Source: Camelus ferus (Eukaryota). Taken from it: 64,000 bases of DNA. The notes beneath the pieces are model-generated. The model worked only from the letters and a program-made list of their open reading frames with translations. It was not told the origin of the DNA and did no database searches. Positions 35,401 through 47,775 of this stretch are shown here, one piece after another. The stretch spans positions 45,200,001 through 45,264,000 of the forward strand of contig NC_045697.1 of the NCBI RefSeq assembly GCF_009834535.1, read 5' to 3'. The position numbers were made by a program, and so were the translations under genes. Each line of letters begins with the position of its first letter. Within the stretch, counting starts at the first letter, position 1.

Positions 35401-37884
35401 GAGCAAATGCAAAAATTACTTAGGGTTGTGTTTGAATCTTTGTTATTGGCAGTGTCGTTACCATAGCTACAGCTGGAACCTCTCATAATTCTGAATTAAA
35501 AGCCACACAGATGTCTATGAAGAGACTCTGACATTAACGGGTAAGTCTGTGCCTGCAGATGGACAGCAAACGCTGGTGTCAGAGACAGTCAGGGAGCTGT
35601 AGGCCTTCCACCAGCAGTGAGGACCCGGCACTGGTGCAATGCCCTGACTCTACCCGCCCACATTTGCCCACCGTTCACAATTCAGCCTCCCCGGGGCGCA
35701 GTGACGTGGCCAGCTCCACTAGGAACCAGTGCTGATCTGAGCCGGTCCTGCCAACGCTACCCAGGGTTAAGAGAACACCGTCCCCCAGACGTGGGAAGGA
35801 AGCATTTCAGAGGTCCCACTGCGCATTCTGTGCGCAACCAACCACTCACGCTCAATAAAGGTTAAACCCCAAGCCAGATTCCAGATTCTTATCCACTGAA
35901 GCTCTGTGAGAGAGTTATTACTGTGTTCAGAGAATAAGGATCTGGCCCAATAAAAACAAACCGAGTTACAACTGTGTTACAGACACAGGCAGCTTGTAAC
36001 TCAACAGAGAGGCTTACGTGCCAGATGCGCAGCCCAGTGACCACTGTCACCGCCAGACCCAAGGCGGATTCGTTTGATTTTTAGGCACTGGTTCCTGGGA
36101 TCAGACCCGCCAAGTTCTGGAGCCCCAGAAGGCAGCTGGGCTTGGAACACCTGCAGCCAGCACACGGGGATTAAGAAGCACTTGTCCCAGCTGTAAGCCT
36201 TGCCAAGGGTCCCCACACCGCAGGAATGGGATCTGGGCTGTGTGGGTGTGGGGTGGGGGGCGTGGTAGGGGCCCCAGCCTGCACCACATTCTTCCAGGCT
36301 GAGTCCACTCAGCAGCCAAAGTGGAAACAGCTTTCCCCTACTTCTGGCCAACCGAGTGTACAGTAGAGTCGCCTGTCGCCAGAGCAGGCTTAATGGGGGC
36401 TGACTCTGCCCCATGTCCCCTAGAGAGCAAGCCAGGACTTCCCTGAGGGTGTGATGTTGGGGACAACAATTCTTTAACAGGAAGGAGAATAGCCTAAAGT
36501 GCACGGGAGGAAAGGCGCAGCCTGGAATGGTAATGACAGTTCAGTTAATGTTTGGCTTTAAATTGCTTTCTTTATTCAGTAGAACAGGTAAAAATTATGG
36601 TTGGGGCATAATAGTACAGAAAAAGAGGTTCTGGAATTTCAGTTAAAACTGTGATCTAGCCCCTTCCAGTGGGGCCCAGCTGGCCGGGCAGAGGCGTCGT
36701 CCTGTGTTCAGTGCATCTCTCTGTGACTTTCTTCCTGGGAACAGGACCTGGGGGAGGCAGCTTGGAGCTGGCTTCACAAAGCCTGGCCGGGTGAGCACCT
36801 TGAACTGGTTCCAGGACAGGCGAGCCCTGGTGGTGCTTCGTGCCTTCTTGACTCTCCCAGCCAGGCCCCTGGAGGGGGACTTTTCAAAGACGAGTGGCCA
36901 GTGTCCTCTAGTATTTGTTTAGTAGTTTTTCCATACTAAATTCAAAATTTCAAAAATTATTTCTAACAAGGGCCCTTTGCCACCTAATTTGTCTCATTTC
37001 AATTTCCCTTATGCTGTCTCTCTGGAGGTATGATGACAGGAGAGCCTGTAAGAGACTTGAACCTGACCCTGTTCCTCCCCTGAAACTCTAATTGAGGAGA
37101 AACCAAGAAAAATGTCATTTAAAATTATTTAAAGTATTTTCTGCCTTATTAGAAATGGTGAGTTTAATTTACCTTGGGGGAAAACTATCATTTTGTTCTG
37201 GGCAAAACTAAAACAAAACAGAAATACTTTATTGGCAGACTGGTTTAGTTTTGAAAAGTATCCATCACTGTTCTTGGAAGAAAGACTAAATGCGGTGTAG
37301 CAACCCAAAACTGAGAAGTTAAATGATCTGTTGGTAATGTAGTCCATGAAACTTAGAAACACTGCCTCTCAGCCTTCTTGCTGTACCCAGAACACTGAGG
37401 AGGGGTGGTGTCCGGTGAGCGGGCACTCAGTGCATCCCTGTGCACTGGTGGTCTGACTTGTTGTTATGACTTCAGAAGTTATAGGGGTTCCTTGGTTCCC
37501 GAATGGGTGGGTCCCTCCTCTTGGACTGCTAGAGGGTAGGTTTTTAAGAAAATGGTGTGTGTTTCTCAAGATAATTCTTACAAAATAATAATTTAAAATG
37601 CACCAGGGAAAATGCACCATTTAGAGGATCCCACTGTGGAACTTTTGTGGTGATTATCTGAGAAAGATGAAGGTGGCATATATCTGATTTGTTAGCTTTT
37701 GTTTTATAAAGCAGACCACTTTTACAATTAGTAAGGAGTTGAGAGAATTAATAGAGTCTCTTTCTCCCAAGAAGGTCTGTGTTGGTTTTTTTCTTACATA
37801 CGTATTGTTGGAAATTTATTATATTTTACTATATTAATTTCCCTAAATATTCCTGCTGAGGTCTTAACAGGAAATCTGTGCTGG

Positions 37885-40798
37885 TTTTTTTGTTTGTTTG
37901 TTTGTTTTTGTTTTTTGCTATACAGAAGAAGCTTTTTAAAAAATCTATTTTTATATATAGTGGCTAACATTTGCAAATCTCAAACACCTAAATTTATCCC
38001 TTCCCACCACCTTTCCCCAGTAACCATAAGATTGTTCACTATGTCTGCAAATCTGTTTCTGTTTTGTAGATGAGTTCATTAGTGTCCTTTCTTTTCTTTT
38101 CTTTTTTTGTAGATTCCACACATGAGTGATATCATATGGTATTTTTCTTTCTGGCTTACTTCATTTAGAAGGATGATTTCTAGGTCCATCCATGTTGCTG
38201 CAAATGGCATTATTTTACTCTTTTTTATGACTGAGTAGTATTCCATTGTATAAGTACACCACAGCTTCTTTATCCAGTCATCTGTTGATGGACATTTAGA
38301 TTGTTTCCATGTCTTGGCTATTGTAAATAGTGCTGCTATGAACATTGGGGTGAATGTATCTTTTGGAATTAGTGTTCGCTCTGGATATATACTCAGAAGT
38401 GGGATTACTGGATCACATGGTAAGTCTATTTTTAGCTTTTTGAGGAATCTCCATACTGTTTTCTGTAACGGCTATACCAAACTACATTCCCATCAGCAGT
38501 GTAGGAGGGTTCCCTTTTCTCCACACCCTCTCCATCATTTATCGTTCATGGACTTTGGAATGATGGCCATTCTGACTGGTATGAGGTGATACCTCATTGT
38601 AGTTTTTATTTGCATTTCTCTGATAATTAGTGATATTGAGCATCTTTTCATATGCCTATTGGCCATTTGTATGTCTTCTTTGGAGAAATGTCTATTTAGG
38701 TCTTCTGCCCATTTTTGGATTGGGTTGTTTGTTTTTTTGATACTGAACTGTATGAGCTATTTGTGTGTTTTGGAAATTAATCCCTGTCAGCAGCATTGTT
38801 TGCCATTATTTTCTCCCATTAGGTTGTCTTTTTGTTTTGTTTATGGTTTCCTTTGCTGTGCAAAAGCTTTTAAATTTATTTAAGTCTCATTTGTTTATTT
38901 TTGCTTTTCTTTTCATTACTGTAGGAGATGGATCCAAAAAAATATTGAGTTTACTTTTGTATATGGTGTTAGAAAATGTACTAACTTCATTCTTTGACAT
39001 GCAGATATCCAGTTTTCCCACCACCACTTATTGAAGAGACTGTCTTTTCTCCATTGTATATTTTTTGCCTCTTTTGTCTTAGATTAATTGACCATAAGTG
39101 TGTGGGTTTTTTGGCAACAAGAATATGTTCATATACTAGTTTCCCAATTTAAAAATAATAAACTTTAAAGATATATCTTCATGGTAAAATAAAAAAAAAA
39201 GTGTGTGGGCTTACTTTTGGACTTTCTTTCTTGTTCCATTGATCCGTGTGACTCTTTTTGTGCCAGTACCATACTGTTTTGATTACTGTAGCTTTGTAGT
39301 ATAGTCTGAAGCCAGGGAGCCTGATTCCTCTAGCTCTGTTCTTCTTTCTCAAGATTGTTTTGGTTATTTGGGGTCTTTGGTGTTTCTGTAAAATTTTAAT
39401 TTTTTTTGTTCAGTTCTGTGAAAAATGTCATTGACAATTTGATAGGGAATCTGTACACTGCCTTGTGTAGTATGGTCATTTTAACAATATTGAGTCTTCC
39501 AATCCAAGAACATGGTATATCTTTCCATCTGTTTGTGTTGTCTTCAGTTTCTTACATCAGTGTCTTATAGCTTTGGGTGTATAGGTCTTTTGCCTTCTTA
39601 GGTAGGTTTATTCTTAGGCATTTTATTCTTTTTGATACAAAAATAAATGGGATTGTTTCCTAAATTTCTGTTTCTGATATTTTGTTGTTACTGTATAGAA
39701 ATTCCACAGACTTCTATATATTAATTTTGTATCCAGCAACTTCACCAAATTCATCAATCAGCCCTATTAGTTTTCTGGTGGCATCTTTAGGATTTTCTAT
39801 GTATAGTATCATGTCATCTGCAAACAGTGACAGTTTTACTTCTTCTTTTCCAATTTGGAGTCCTTTTATTTCCTTTTCTTCACTGATTGCCATGGCTAGG
39901 ACTTCAAAAATTATGTTGAATAAAAGTGGTGAGAGTAGGCATCCTTGTCTTGTTCCTGATCATAGAGGGAACACTTTCAGCTTTTCACCATTAAGTATGA
40001 TGTTAGCTATGGGTTTGTCATATACAGCATTTATTATGTTGAAGTGTGTTCTATGCCCACTCCCTGAAGAGTTTTTATCCTAAAAGGATGTTGAATTTTA
40101 TCAAAAGCTTTTCTGCATCTATTGGGATTATCACATGGTTTTTGTTCTTCAATTTGTTAATGTGGTATATCACATTGATTGATTTATGGATATTGAAAAA
40201 TCCTTGTGTCCCTGGGATAAATCCCACTTGAACATGGTGTATGACCCTTTAATGTATTGTTGGAGTCAGTTTGCCAGTATTTTGTTGAGAGTTTTTGCAC
40301 CTATGTTCATCAGTGATATTGGCCTGTAATTTTCTTTTTTGTGTGTGTGATATATTTATCTGGTTTTGGTATCAGAGTGATGGTGGCCTTGCAGAATGAC
40401 TTTGGATGTCCTCCTTCCTCTGCAATTTTTGGAATAATTTCAGAAGGATAGGTGTTAACTCTCCTCTAAATATTTGGTAGAATTCACCTGTGATGCCATC
40501 TGGTCCTGGACTTTTGTATGCTGGGAGTTTTTAAATTACTGATTTAATTTCAGTGATGGTAATTGGTCTGTTCCTATTTTCTATTTCCTCCTTGTTCAGT
40601 CTTGAGGGATTAGTACCTTTCTAAGAATTTGCCCATTTCTTCCAGGTTGTTCATTTTATTGGTGAATAGTTGCTTATAGTAGTCTCTTATTTTTGTGGTA
40701 TTGGTTGTAACTTCTCCTTTTTCATTTTTGATTTTATTGACTTAGGCCCTCTCCCTTTTTCTCTTGATGAGTTTGGCTAAAGGTTTATCAATTTTGTT
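37885..40798 (-). mobile_element. ~2.9-kb 5'-truncated, decayed L1 (3' part of ORF2 and 3' UTR)
   Basis: Minus-strand ORF 38079-38345 ([29 protein letters not shown]…) is the L1 ORF2p C-terminus. L1-like sequence is continuous to ~40798. T-rich tail at 37885-37916. Confidence 0.95.
39110..39198 (+). pseudogene. Short polyadenylated retroposed insert of unknown origin inside the L1
   Basis: Non-L1 sequence with AATAAA (39157-39162) and a poly(A) tail. Flanked by the direct repeat AAGTGTGTGGG(t/c)TT (39096-39109 / 39199-39212). Confidence 0.75.
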
Positions 40799-43021
40799 AA
40801 TTGATTTTGTTTATTTATGTGCGTGCAGTGCCATTCTTGTTCACTGATGGGACGGAACCTCTTTTGAGCCCCTCTAGAACATTGAAAGGGGAAGGTTCTG
40901 GAAAGAGATTGTGAGTTTTGGTTTGTTTTGTTCTCCAAATAGCTCTATATGAGTGTAGTGAGAGGCAGAGGGCAAGCGGATAGAAAACTACTCATAAGTT
41001 GGGAAAAAAAATCACTCAGACCCCCAAGGAAGAGAGGACAAGTAAAGATAAAGCCTCAGGATAACTGACATTTAAAAATCTCACCATATACATTTAAGAA
41101 ATCATTGTATTCATTCCTGAAAGTTATAATGCATCACTGAGGCAATGTACTAGAGTCCAAATGTGTGGAATCTTAACTAAAAAGAAGACAAAGAAGAGGA
41201 GGAGGAGAAGGATCAAGAAGAAATCCCACAAGCCAAATCAATAAAATTGTTTGGTTACATAGCATTTATGGTTGCCTAAATGTGTTTGTTTTTAAGCACT
41301 ATTTGTTTTCAGGGAAAGAAGGATCATCTCATAATGGCTATTGATTGCATGGGTTCAGTATCCTGTAGGTCCGATAATGTTTCCAGAATCAGTGCAGCTA
41401 CAGATGAGAACAGCCTAATGGATCACAATTGTTAAGCTCCTAAGTTAAGGGTGAATCCAGTCCCTTTGTCTGTGGCCTAAAGAGTTTCTACTCTGTCACT
41501 TAGAAATATTCAGCTCACAAAAAGCTATAGTTAACAAAAGGTCCAACAAGGTAGGTGAAAAACAGATCGATTTAATTCCTCTGGGCTCAACATCAATATG
41601 GTTTGGGCTGACAGGTAAATATTGACTAAAGCAGAGCCGGGAGCTGAGAGGAAGCAGACATGCAGGAAAAACCCTTTCCTCATTCCTGGGGCAAAGGCCA
41701 CAGTTTTAGTTTTTCTTGGTGATAAAAGAAAAGGCTGTTGGAAGTCAAGCAGCATGTGGCAGAGGCAATGTGCTCCCTTTCAGCTCTCTAGAAAATATAG
41801 CTAGTTCTGTCACCTGCCTGAGGGGATGACAGGGACTCATGAAAGCAGGCAGAGAAAAAAACCAGGAGTGTGGTGGAGTGGTTAAACACAAGTTATAATC
41901 AAGACGGGAGCTGAATAACTGGCCAGAGGTGACTAGAGATGCCGATTAGGGTAAAATATTAATCCAGGAATGTGGAAAGTTAGTTCCAACAGGACCATCC
42001 TGGACTCAGTCTTAACAAATTTGGTTTTGCAAATTCTGCTCGAAGATAACAAATGGGCTCTCTAATCTGTCATTGAATACGAATTAATTTTATCATCTGC
42101 AGTAGGAAGGATACTAAGTCAATGCGGTGATTGGAACTGTAACATTTTACAGCAAATTACTTCATGTTTCTTCTGGAAATGAAGACACGATTCCCTGACT
42201 GAATAATGAATACCAATAATAAGAGCATTATGCAGCCTGAAAGGCAAACTTCGGTATATGTAACTAATTAAAATAAGAGCTGACATTTATTGCACACTTC
42301 TGTTGTAACAGGCACTCTTCTCAGTGTGCCGCATGAGTTATGTCAGTGCTTGTCTGGTCCTCTGAGTTGGATGAATTCATCCTCCATGATACTGCCCGCT
42401 GCCTCCCATCTCTGGGGGGCCAGTGCTGGTTCTGCCCTGCTTCCTGCCCTGAAGTGTTGAGGTGCCGTCTAACTGGTCTTCTTGCCTTTGCGGTATGTGC
42501 TGCACCCCAGTTGATGTTCCTGAAGCTAACACAGGTCTTAGCTGGATTAGAAATGGATGCTCGCTCAGAACAGATCAAGAATCTGAGCTTTCCCAGAAAG
42601 TAGACTTAGCTATCAGTGCAGACCCATGATTTTAGGCAAATGAGCAGGACTGGGCAAGAAAGGTTCATGAGCAAAGCTAGGGGGCTGGGGGCAGAGCTGC
42701 GTGATAAAGAGTGAAGACGGTGACTTCACATGCCTCGCAGGATTATTGCAGGCTAGATCAAAAAGTGCCTTTCTCATCCAGGAGATAAACAGGGACAGAC
42801 CGTGCCAGGAGGTGGGCGGACAGAAAGTGCAGGAGGTAATCCTGGCAGAGCTCTGGATGCCTAGGGCCTCTTGTGAGGGGGAGCAAGCCTGCAGAGGGGT
42901 CTGCACTGGGGGTGAGGTGAGGGGTGCAAGTCAAAAGGACACTGTGCTTGGGCTTCCTTTGCCTGAAAGTTCTTACTTTTACTTCTCTAATATCTTTCTA
43001 TCATTGACTTAAGAATAGTTA

Positions 43022-43668
43022 TGTTAGAGCAGGCAGATAGCTAGATATGAGCAGAGAAAGGAGGATGCAGACCAAATGGCAGGGATTGGGCAAAAAAGGA
43101 GGAGCACAGGCCACATGTAGGAAACCATATATCATGTAAACAACAGGGGCCCCTGAGCAGACAGAGAAAAGCAGGAACCTCGGGACTGATAAGAAATCAC
43201 ATATTTTGGGGGTGACCAGTGTCCTGGAGGCCGACAAACAAAGGTGGGAAAAGGAAGGAATCTCTAGTGTCCAAGTGTAACCTTTTGCTCATTATGCCCT
43301 CATTTCAATAAAATTAGCCTTGCAGATTAGAAGTACTGATCACGCACCGATGCCATGACACTTCTGATCTAGAATAAATAAGGACAAAAATTCCTCCTCT
43401 CCCTCGGGAAGGTGGAGCTGGGATGAAAATCAGGGACTATGATCCCAGGCCCTTCCCTCCCCAATGAATATTCTGCTCATTCATTTTTACACCTTATGTA
43501 ACCAACTCACCAGAAAAACTCAGCGCAGCTGCTCACCTGAGCCTGCCCGCTCTCCCTTTGACAGTGTACCATCCATCCCTTAATAATTCCCCACTTTACT
43601 TTCTTGACCTCCATGTCTCACCTCTGAATTCTTTCTGCGATGAGACAAGAACCTAATCACCAGCAATA
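43022..43668 (+). mobile_element. Solo ERV1-class LTR (~647 bp)
   Basis: Starts TGTTAGAGCAGGCAG. Has a U5-like CTGAATTCTTTCTGCGATGAGACAAGAACC and ends CAATA. TSD GTTA (43018-43021 / 43669-43672). Confidence 0.82.
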
Positions 43669-44514
43669 GTTATGTCAACACGTTTCCTGAACACACTTCC
43701 TGGGAAGGCCTCACATTGGACATATGTGCCGCTCCCCAACTCCCACCTGCTTCAGCGTTGACACCTGGAGCCAAGCCAGAGAAGGCGGCTCTGTGGACGG
43801 TCTGAGAACCCGTCCAGACCTCGCCCAGCATGGGTGCCAAGTGCAAACGGCCACGGGTGAGAGCACAGCCCAGCCCTGGTCCTGACCACCGATAAGAAGG
43901 AAGCAGAACGTGTGCTTGAGAGACATGAGCTAAAAGCCACCTGGGGCTTTATTAGCACAGGAAACCCATGCTCTGTGAACTCATCCATTTCTCTGCTTTG
44001 GTGTTTTCCTTTCTTATCTTTGGGTGCTCTCCCAATGTTGTTTTGTTGGGAAATTCTTTTAGAAACATTCTAATCTTGCCTCGGTTGAGCTGAGGGGCTG
44101 GGTCCAAGGAGGTGGGGCTGTAGAGGGGAGCTGCTCAGTGACCTCTGCCCTCCTTCCCCCCTCCTCCTCCCCACCTTTCCCTTCCTCCTTCCCCTTCCCC
44201 TCTCTCCTCCCCCTCCCCCTCCCCAATGTGGGTGCCTCCATACTAACAGAGTCTTGATGTTTAGGGCCAAAAGGAGCCCCTTGTTGGGAATCTGGTATCT
44301 TTTAAGAGCAATCTGTCAAACATGAGTGAAGGTAAGTGCTGGGATCAGCAGTTGGAACAGGTGAGCCACAGAGACCCAGTAATCTGACTCCTGACCGCTT
44401 CCTGGGTCGGGGCAGCACAGGGAGTTGCCTGAATCCAAACTCAGCCCTCAGGAGTCCAAATTTCAGATTCCTCAAGCCATTTACCAGACATGAGCATCCT
44501 GAGGAAAGGAGGAG

Positions 44515-44735
44515 GCATGGCAGAGGAGATAAGAGCACAGGCTTAGGGTCAGATCTAGGTAGAAACCCTGCCCTTTAGAAGCTGTGTGGACTTGAAAAGT
44601 CCCTTAGTCCCCGCCTCAGCTTCCTTGATGGTAAACGGAGGATAAGAAATCACCATAGAAGCATGGTAACAGTTAGATGAGGTGACGTAGGTAAAATGCT
44701 TAGCACAGACAGTGGCCCATAATAAAAGCTCCTAA
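44515..44735 (+). mobile_element. MIR SINE
   Basis: AGAGCACAGGCTT…GCTGTGTGGACTTG…GCCTCAGCTTCCTT…GTAAAATGCTTAGCACAG MIR core. Confidence 0.8.
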
Positions 44736-45837
44736 CTGGAAATATTATTTATTTATTTTGTACCTAATAGAGTGTCTGAAATCTAAATAATTATTGTTGA
44801 ATTTAATTGAATCCTGGTTTTTTACTGGACACATTCAGCAAGCTTTGTGAAGTGGCAGAAATTTAATACAAGATTCTAGACGGGTTTAGGATCAGCCTAG
44901 AGTAATGAGGAGCTGTCATTTTCTTCGCTAAATGAGGTGGCTAATGGCCTGTGAGTTATCAGGATTTAATAGGTTTGCTTTTTAGGCAGACAAGTGAAGC
45001 TCTAAACTGAAAGCAGGGGGAACCTCAGGGCACAATGGCCAGGTAAGGTTGGGCTTTGTGTGGCCAAGGATGTGCAGGCTCCCAGGCTTGCTGGAAAGCA
45101 AACTTCCAGCTCCAGGCTCAGTGACAGAAGGGAAAGGACCACACAGCCAGGCCAGGGCCACACGGGGCTCAGTCTCACACCCACATTCTTCTCTGCTTTT
45201 TGAGACAGAGAACCTTGTTGTCTTTAAATAACAAAATAACCCATTTAAAAAGTTTTCTTCTTAGGTAAACGCCACAATCTAAAAGAACAAAAATAAACTG
45301 CCAATAAGAGATTAAGTAAAAGAAATAACTTAAAAGGAGTTTTCTTATGAGAAGGAGACAGATCAATCATCCATCCAGTCAATGAGTGATTGTCTTTCTG
45401 TGCACTAAGAGCTATGAATATGCAAATCATAGGTTAAGTGGAAAATGACTAAAAAGACAATACAGTCTATGAATTCAGAGGAGGGAGAGATAGCAGAACA
45501 AGAAGTGAGCTTGTAAGTAATTTACTTCAGTTCTGTTGTCCTGCTTTCTCATTCCTTCTGCACCCCAATCAGTCTACACGCTTTGTCTCTGAGAGCCAGG
45601 TTGGTTAAGGAACAGCCAATGTTTGAGGACTGTTGACCCCTAGTCCAGGGCTCACCATCCTGGATGTCTCCTTTGTCCCTTGGAGGAGCAGGAGGTTTGC
45701 ACAAGCTTTTTCGACAAGAAAGAACTTGACAAGCGGTCAGATACCAACCAGTAAAAGTTTCATTCTATCTCAGCCTAGCCCACCAGCATTCAAACAGAGC
45801 TAGAACCCAGATATCTGATGATGCAAAGAAGGAGGTG

Positions 45838-46600
45838 TAGTCTGAGGTTTTTAGCTGTCAAGGAAACCCAACTCAAACTGGATTAAACAGGAAATGTATT
45901 AACTCTCATAATTTGAAGTCAACAGTGCCTTCATGGGCCTGGGTTCCTTCCTTCCCTCTGCTCTGCTCAGTGCTCATTCCATTCTCAAGTTGGTTTTCCT
46001 CGAGTTCTCAGATGGTGGCCAATGGCAGTCAGGGCTACCTGCTTCCTTACCACACCCAGTGGGAGAGAGAGATGAGACGCTGTATACCTTCAAAGGTGGT
46101 GTATGAGTCCTTTCCTGTAGTCTGATTAGGCCCCTGTGTCCATCCCTGGAATAATAACAGTAGCTGGAGAATATATTAGTTGACAGAGAGTAATCTTGAG
46201 TCTCCCTCTGGAACAGAGATGGACTCACAGATACAGAAAACAAACTTACGGCTATCAGCGGGGAAGGGGTGGAGGCGGAGGGATAAATTGGGACTTTGGG
46301 ATTTGCAGATACTAACTACTATATATGAAATGAATAAACAACAAGGTCCTACTGTAGAGCACAAGGAACTATTTTCAATATCTCGTTGTAGCCTACAATG
46401 AAAAAGAATATTAAAAAAGAATATATATGTATATGTGTGTGTATATGTATAACTGAATCACTATGCTGTACACCAGAAATTAATGCAACATTGTAAACTG
46501 ACTATACTTCAATTGAAAAAAAGAGTCTCCCTCTGGGGCTAGAAGTGGGGTGGATACTTGAACAGCAATTAAAATTCTGTTAAAGAGAAAGGAGGGGAAA
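45838..46600 (-). mobile_element. Old MaLR LTR (MLT1J/K/L-like) split by an L1 insertion
   Basis: GGAAACCCAACTCAAACTGGATTAAACA…CTGATTAGGCCC… motifs; the sequence resumes after the L1. Confidence 0.55.
46212..46522 (+). mobile_element. 5'-truncated L1 3' end with TSD
   Basis: L1 3' UTR and A tail. Perfect TSD GAGTCTCCCTCTGG (46198-46211 / 46523-46536). Confidence 0.92.
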
Positions 46601-47589
46601 GTGAAAGGGAAAATCAGTTTGGGGAAGGGCTGTGGTTTAAGAACTTCTGGGACTAACAAAACTAAGTATTCCCAGGGTGATTAGCGGATGTTAATTGTTA
46701 GCTAATTTGTTTCTTCAATCAACTGTGTTATTGTCTCTATACTAGGAGGAAATTTGGTGTCAGGATGAAATGCTTTTATGATATTTATATGCCATTAGTT
46801 TATAAATCCATAACTATTTTATGGGAAGTTAAAAAAATAATATTTATGTGTTTTTCAAATATTTAAAATAAATTATAAAGAAACTAGCATTTAAAGGAGG
46901 AGGAATTATTCATTAGTTTTAGAAACTTGCACTAACTAGATCTACACTAGTGAAGAAGAAACACCAGTATGAACCAAATGTATGAATTATGAGATAAGAG
47001 TTTAAACCTAAGGGGGAAAAAAGTATATAAAAAAAGAAAAAGCAGCTGCACTCTATTTCTGCCCTAAAAACTTCTTGGCAAATTAACCTTAGAGAGTTCA
47101 CATAATACAGAGATCATTTTTGTAAAGTATAAATAATAAAATCTATAATGAGAAAATGTAAAGACTGGGTTTTTGGAAGATGTAGCTCACTCCTTCTCAA
47201 AAATAGATGAACATTATAACTGTTTGGAGAGGTTTTCTTAATTCAGAAATTCTGATTTAATTGGTGTGGGTGAATTAATTTTTTAGTTCAGAATATATCA
47301 TTTAATCCCTCACAGGTGATTCTGGCATATAGTCAGATTTAGTTGGACCTAAAGACCAGCAAAGACCCTGCAGGATGCCATCTCTTCTGGGCCTCAGCCC
47401 TAGATCTGGTGTCTGAACCTGTGAGCCTCAAGGTCATATTTCATTGACTCTAAGATGCACTCCACAGCCCCCCCCCCCCCCACCTCTGCCAGATCTCTGA
47501 ATACCGTCTCTGAAGCGGGGGCGTGGTCAGCCAGGCTAGGAGCTCAGCCAGCCTGAGCGTGCGTGTCCTCAGCTGTTGACAGCAGCTTG

Positions 47590-47775
47590 GAGGAAGGTGC
47601 TGGGACCAGTACTGCAGTCCTTTCAGAAATGCTGGGAAGGGAAAAAGCTCTGATCTGCAACGTTTGCCAGTTTCCATGGTGTGAATACCCCCACCATGAC
47701 CGATTTCGAGCTCCGAAGTGGAGTTGGGAAGAAACTCACGTAAGCAGGAGGGAGTCAGTTCCAGCGCACTCCTGG
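47590..47775. mobile_element. MER63-like hAT-Blackjack fossil
   Basis: AAAAAGCTCTGATCTGCAACGTTTGCCAGTTTCCATGGTGTGAATACCCCCACCATGACCGATTTC matches MER63 as I recall it. Confidence 0.72.

Noticed and set aside
36001..36504. 167-aa minus-strand ORF
   Set aside because: No homology recognised, non-ATG start and non-coding-like composition.
38314..40231. Plus-strand ORFs over the L1
   Set aside because: Antisense frames of L1 ORF2, which are well-known spurious ORFs.
42040..42130. Minus-strand GCAGATGAT resembling a reverse-transcriptase ADD motif (ancient LINE?)
   Set aside because: Too short, with no supporting reading frame. A Dfam HMM search would be needed.
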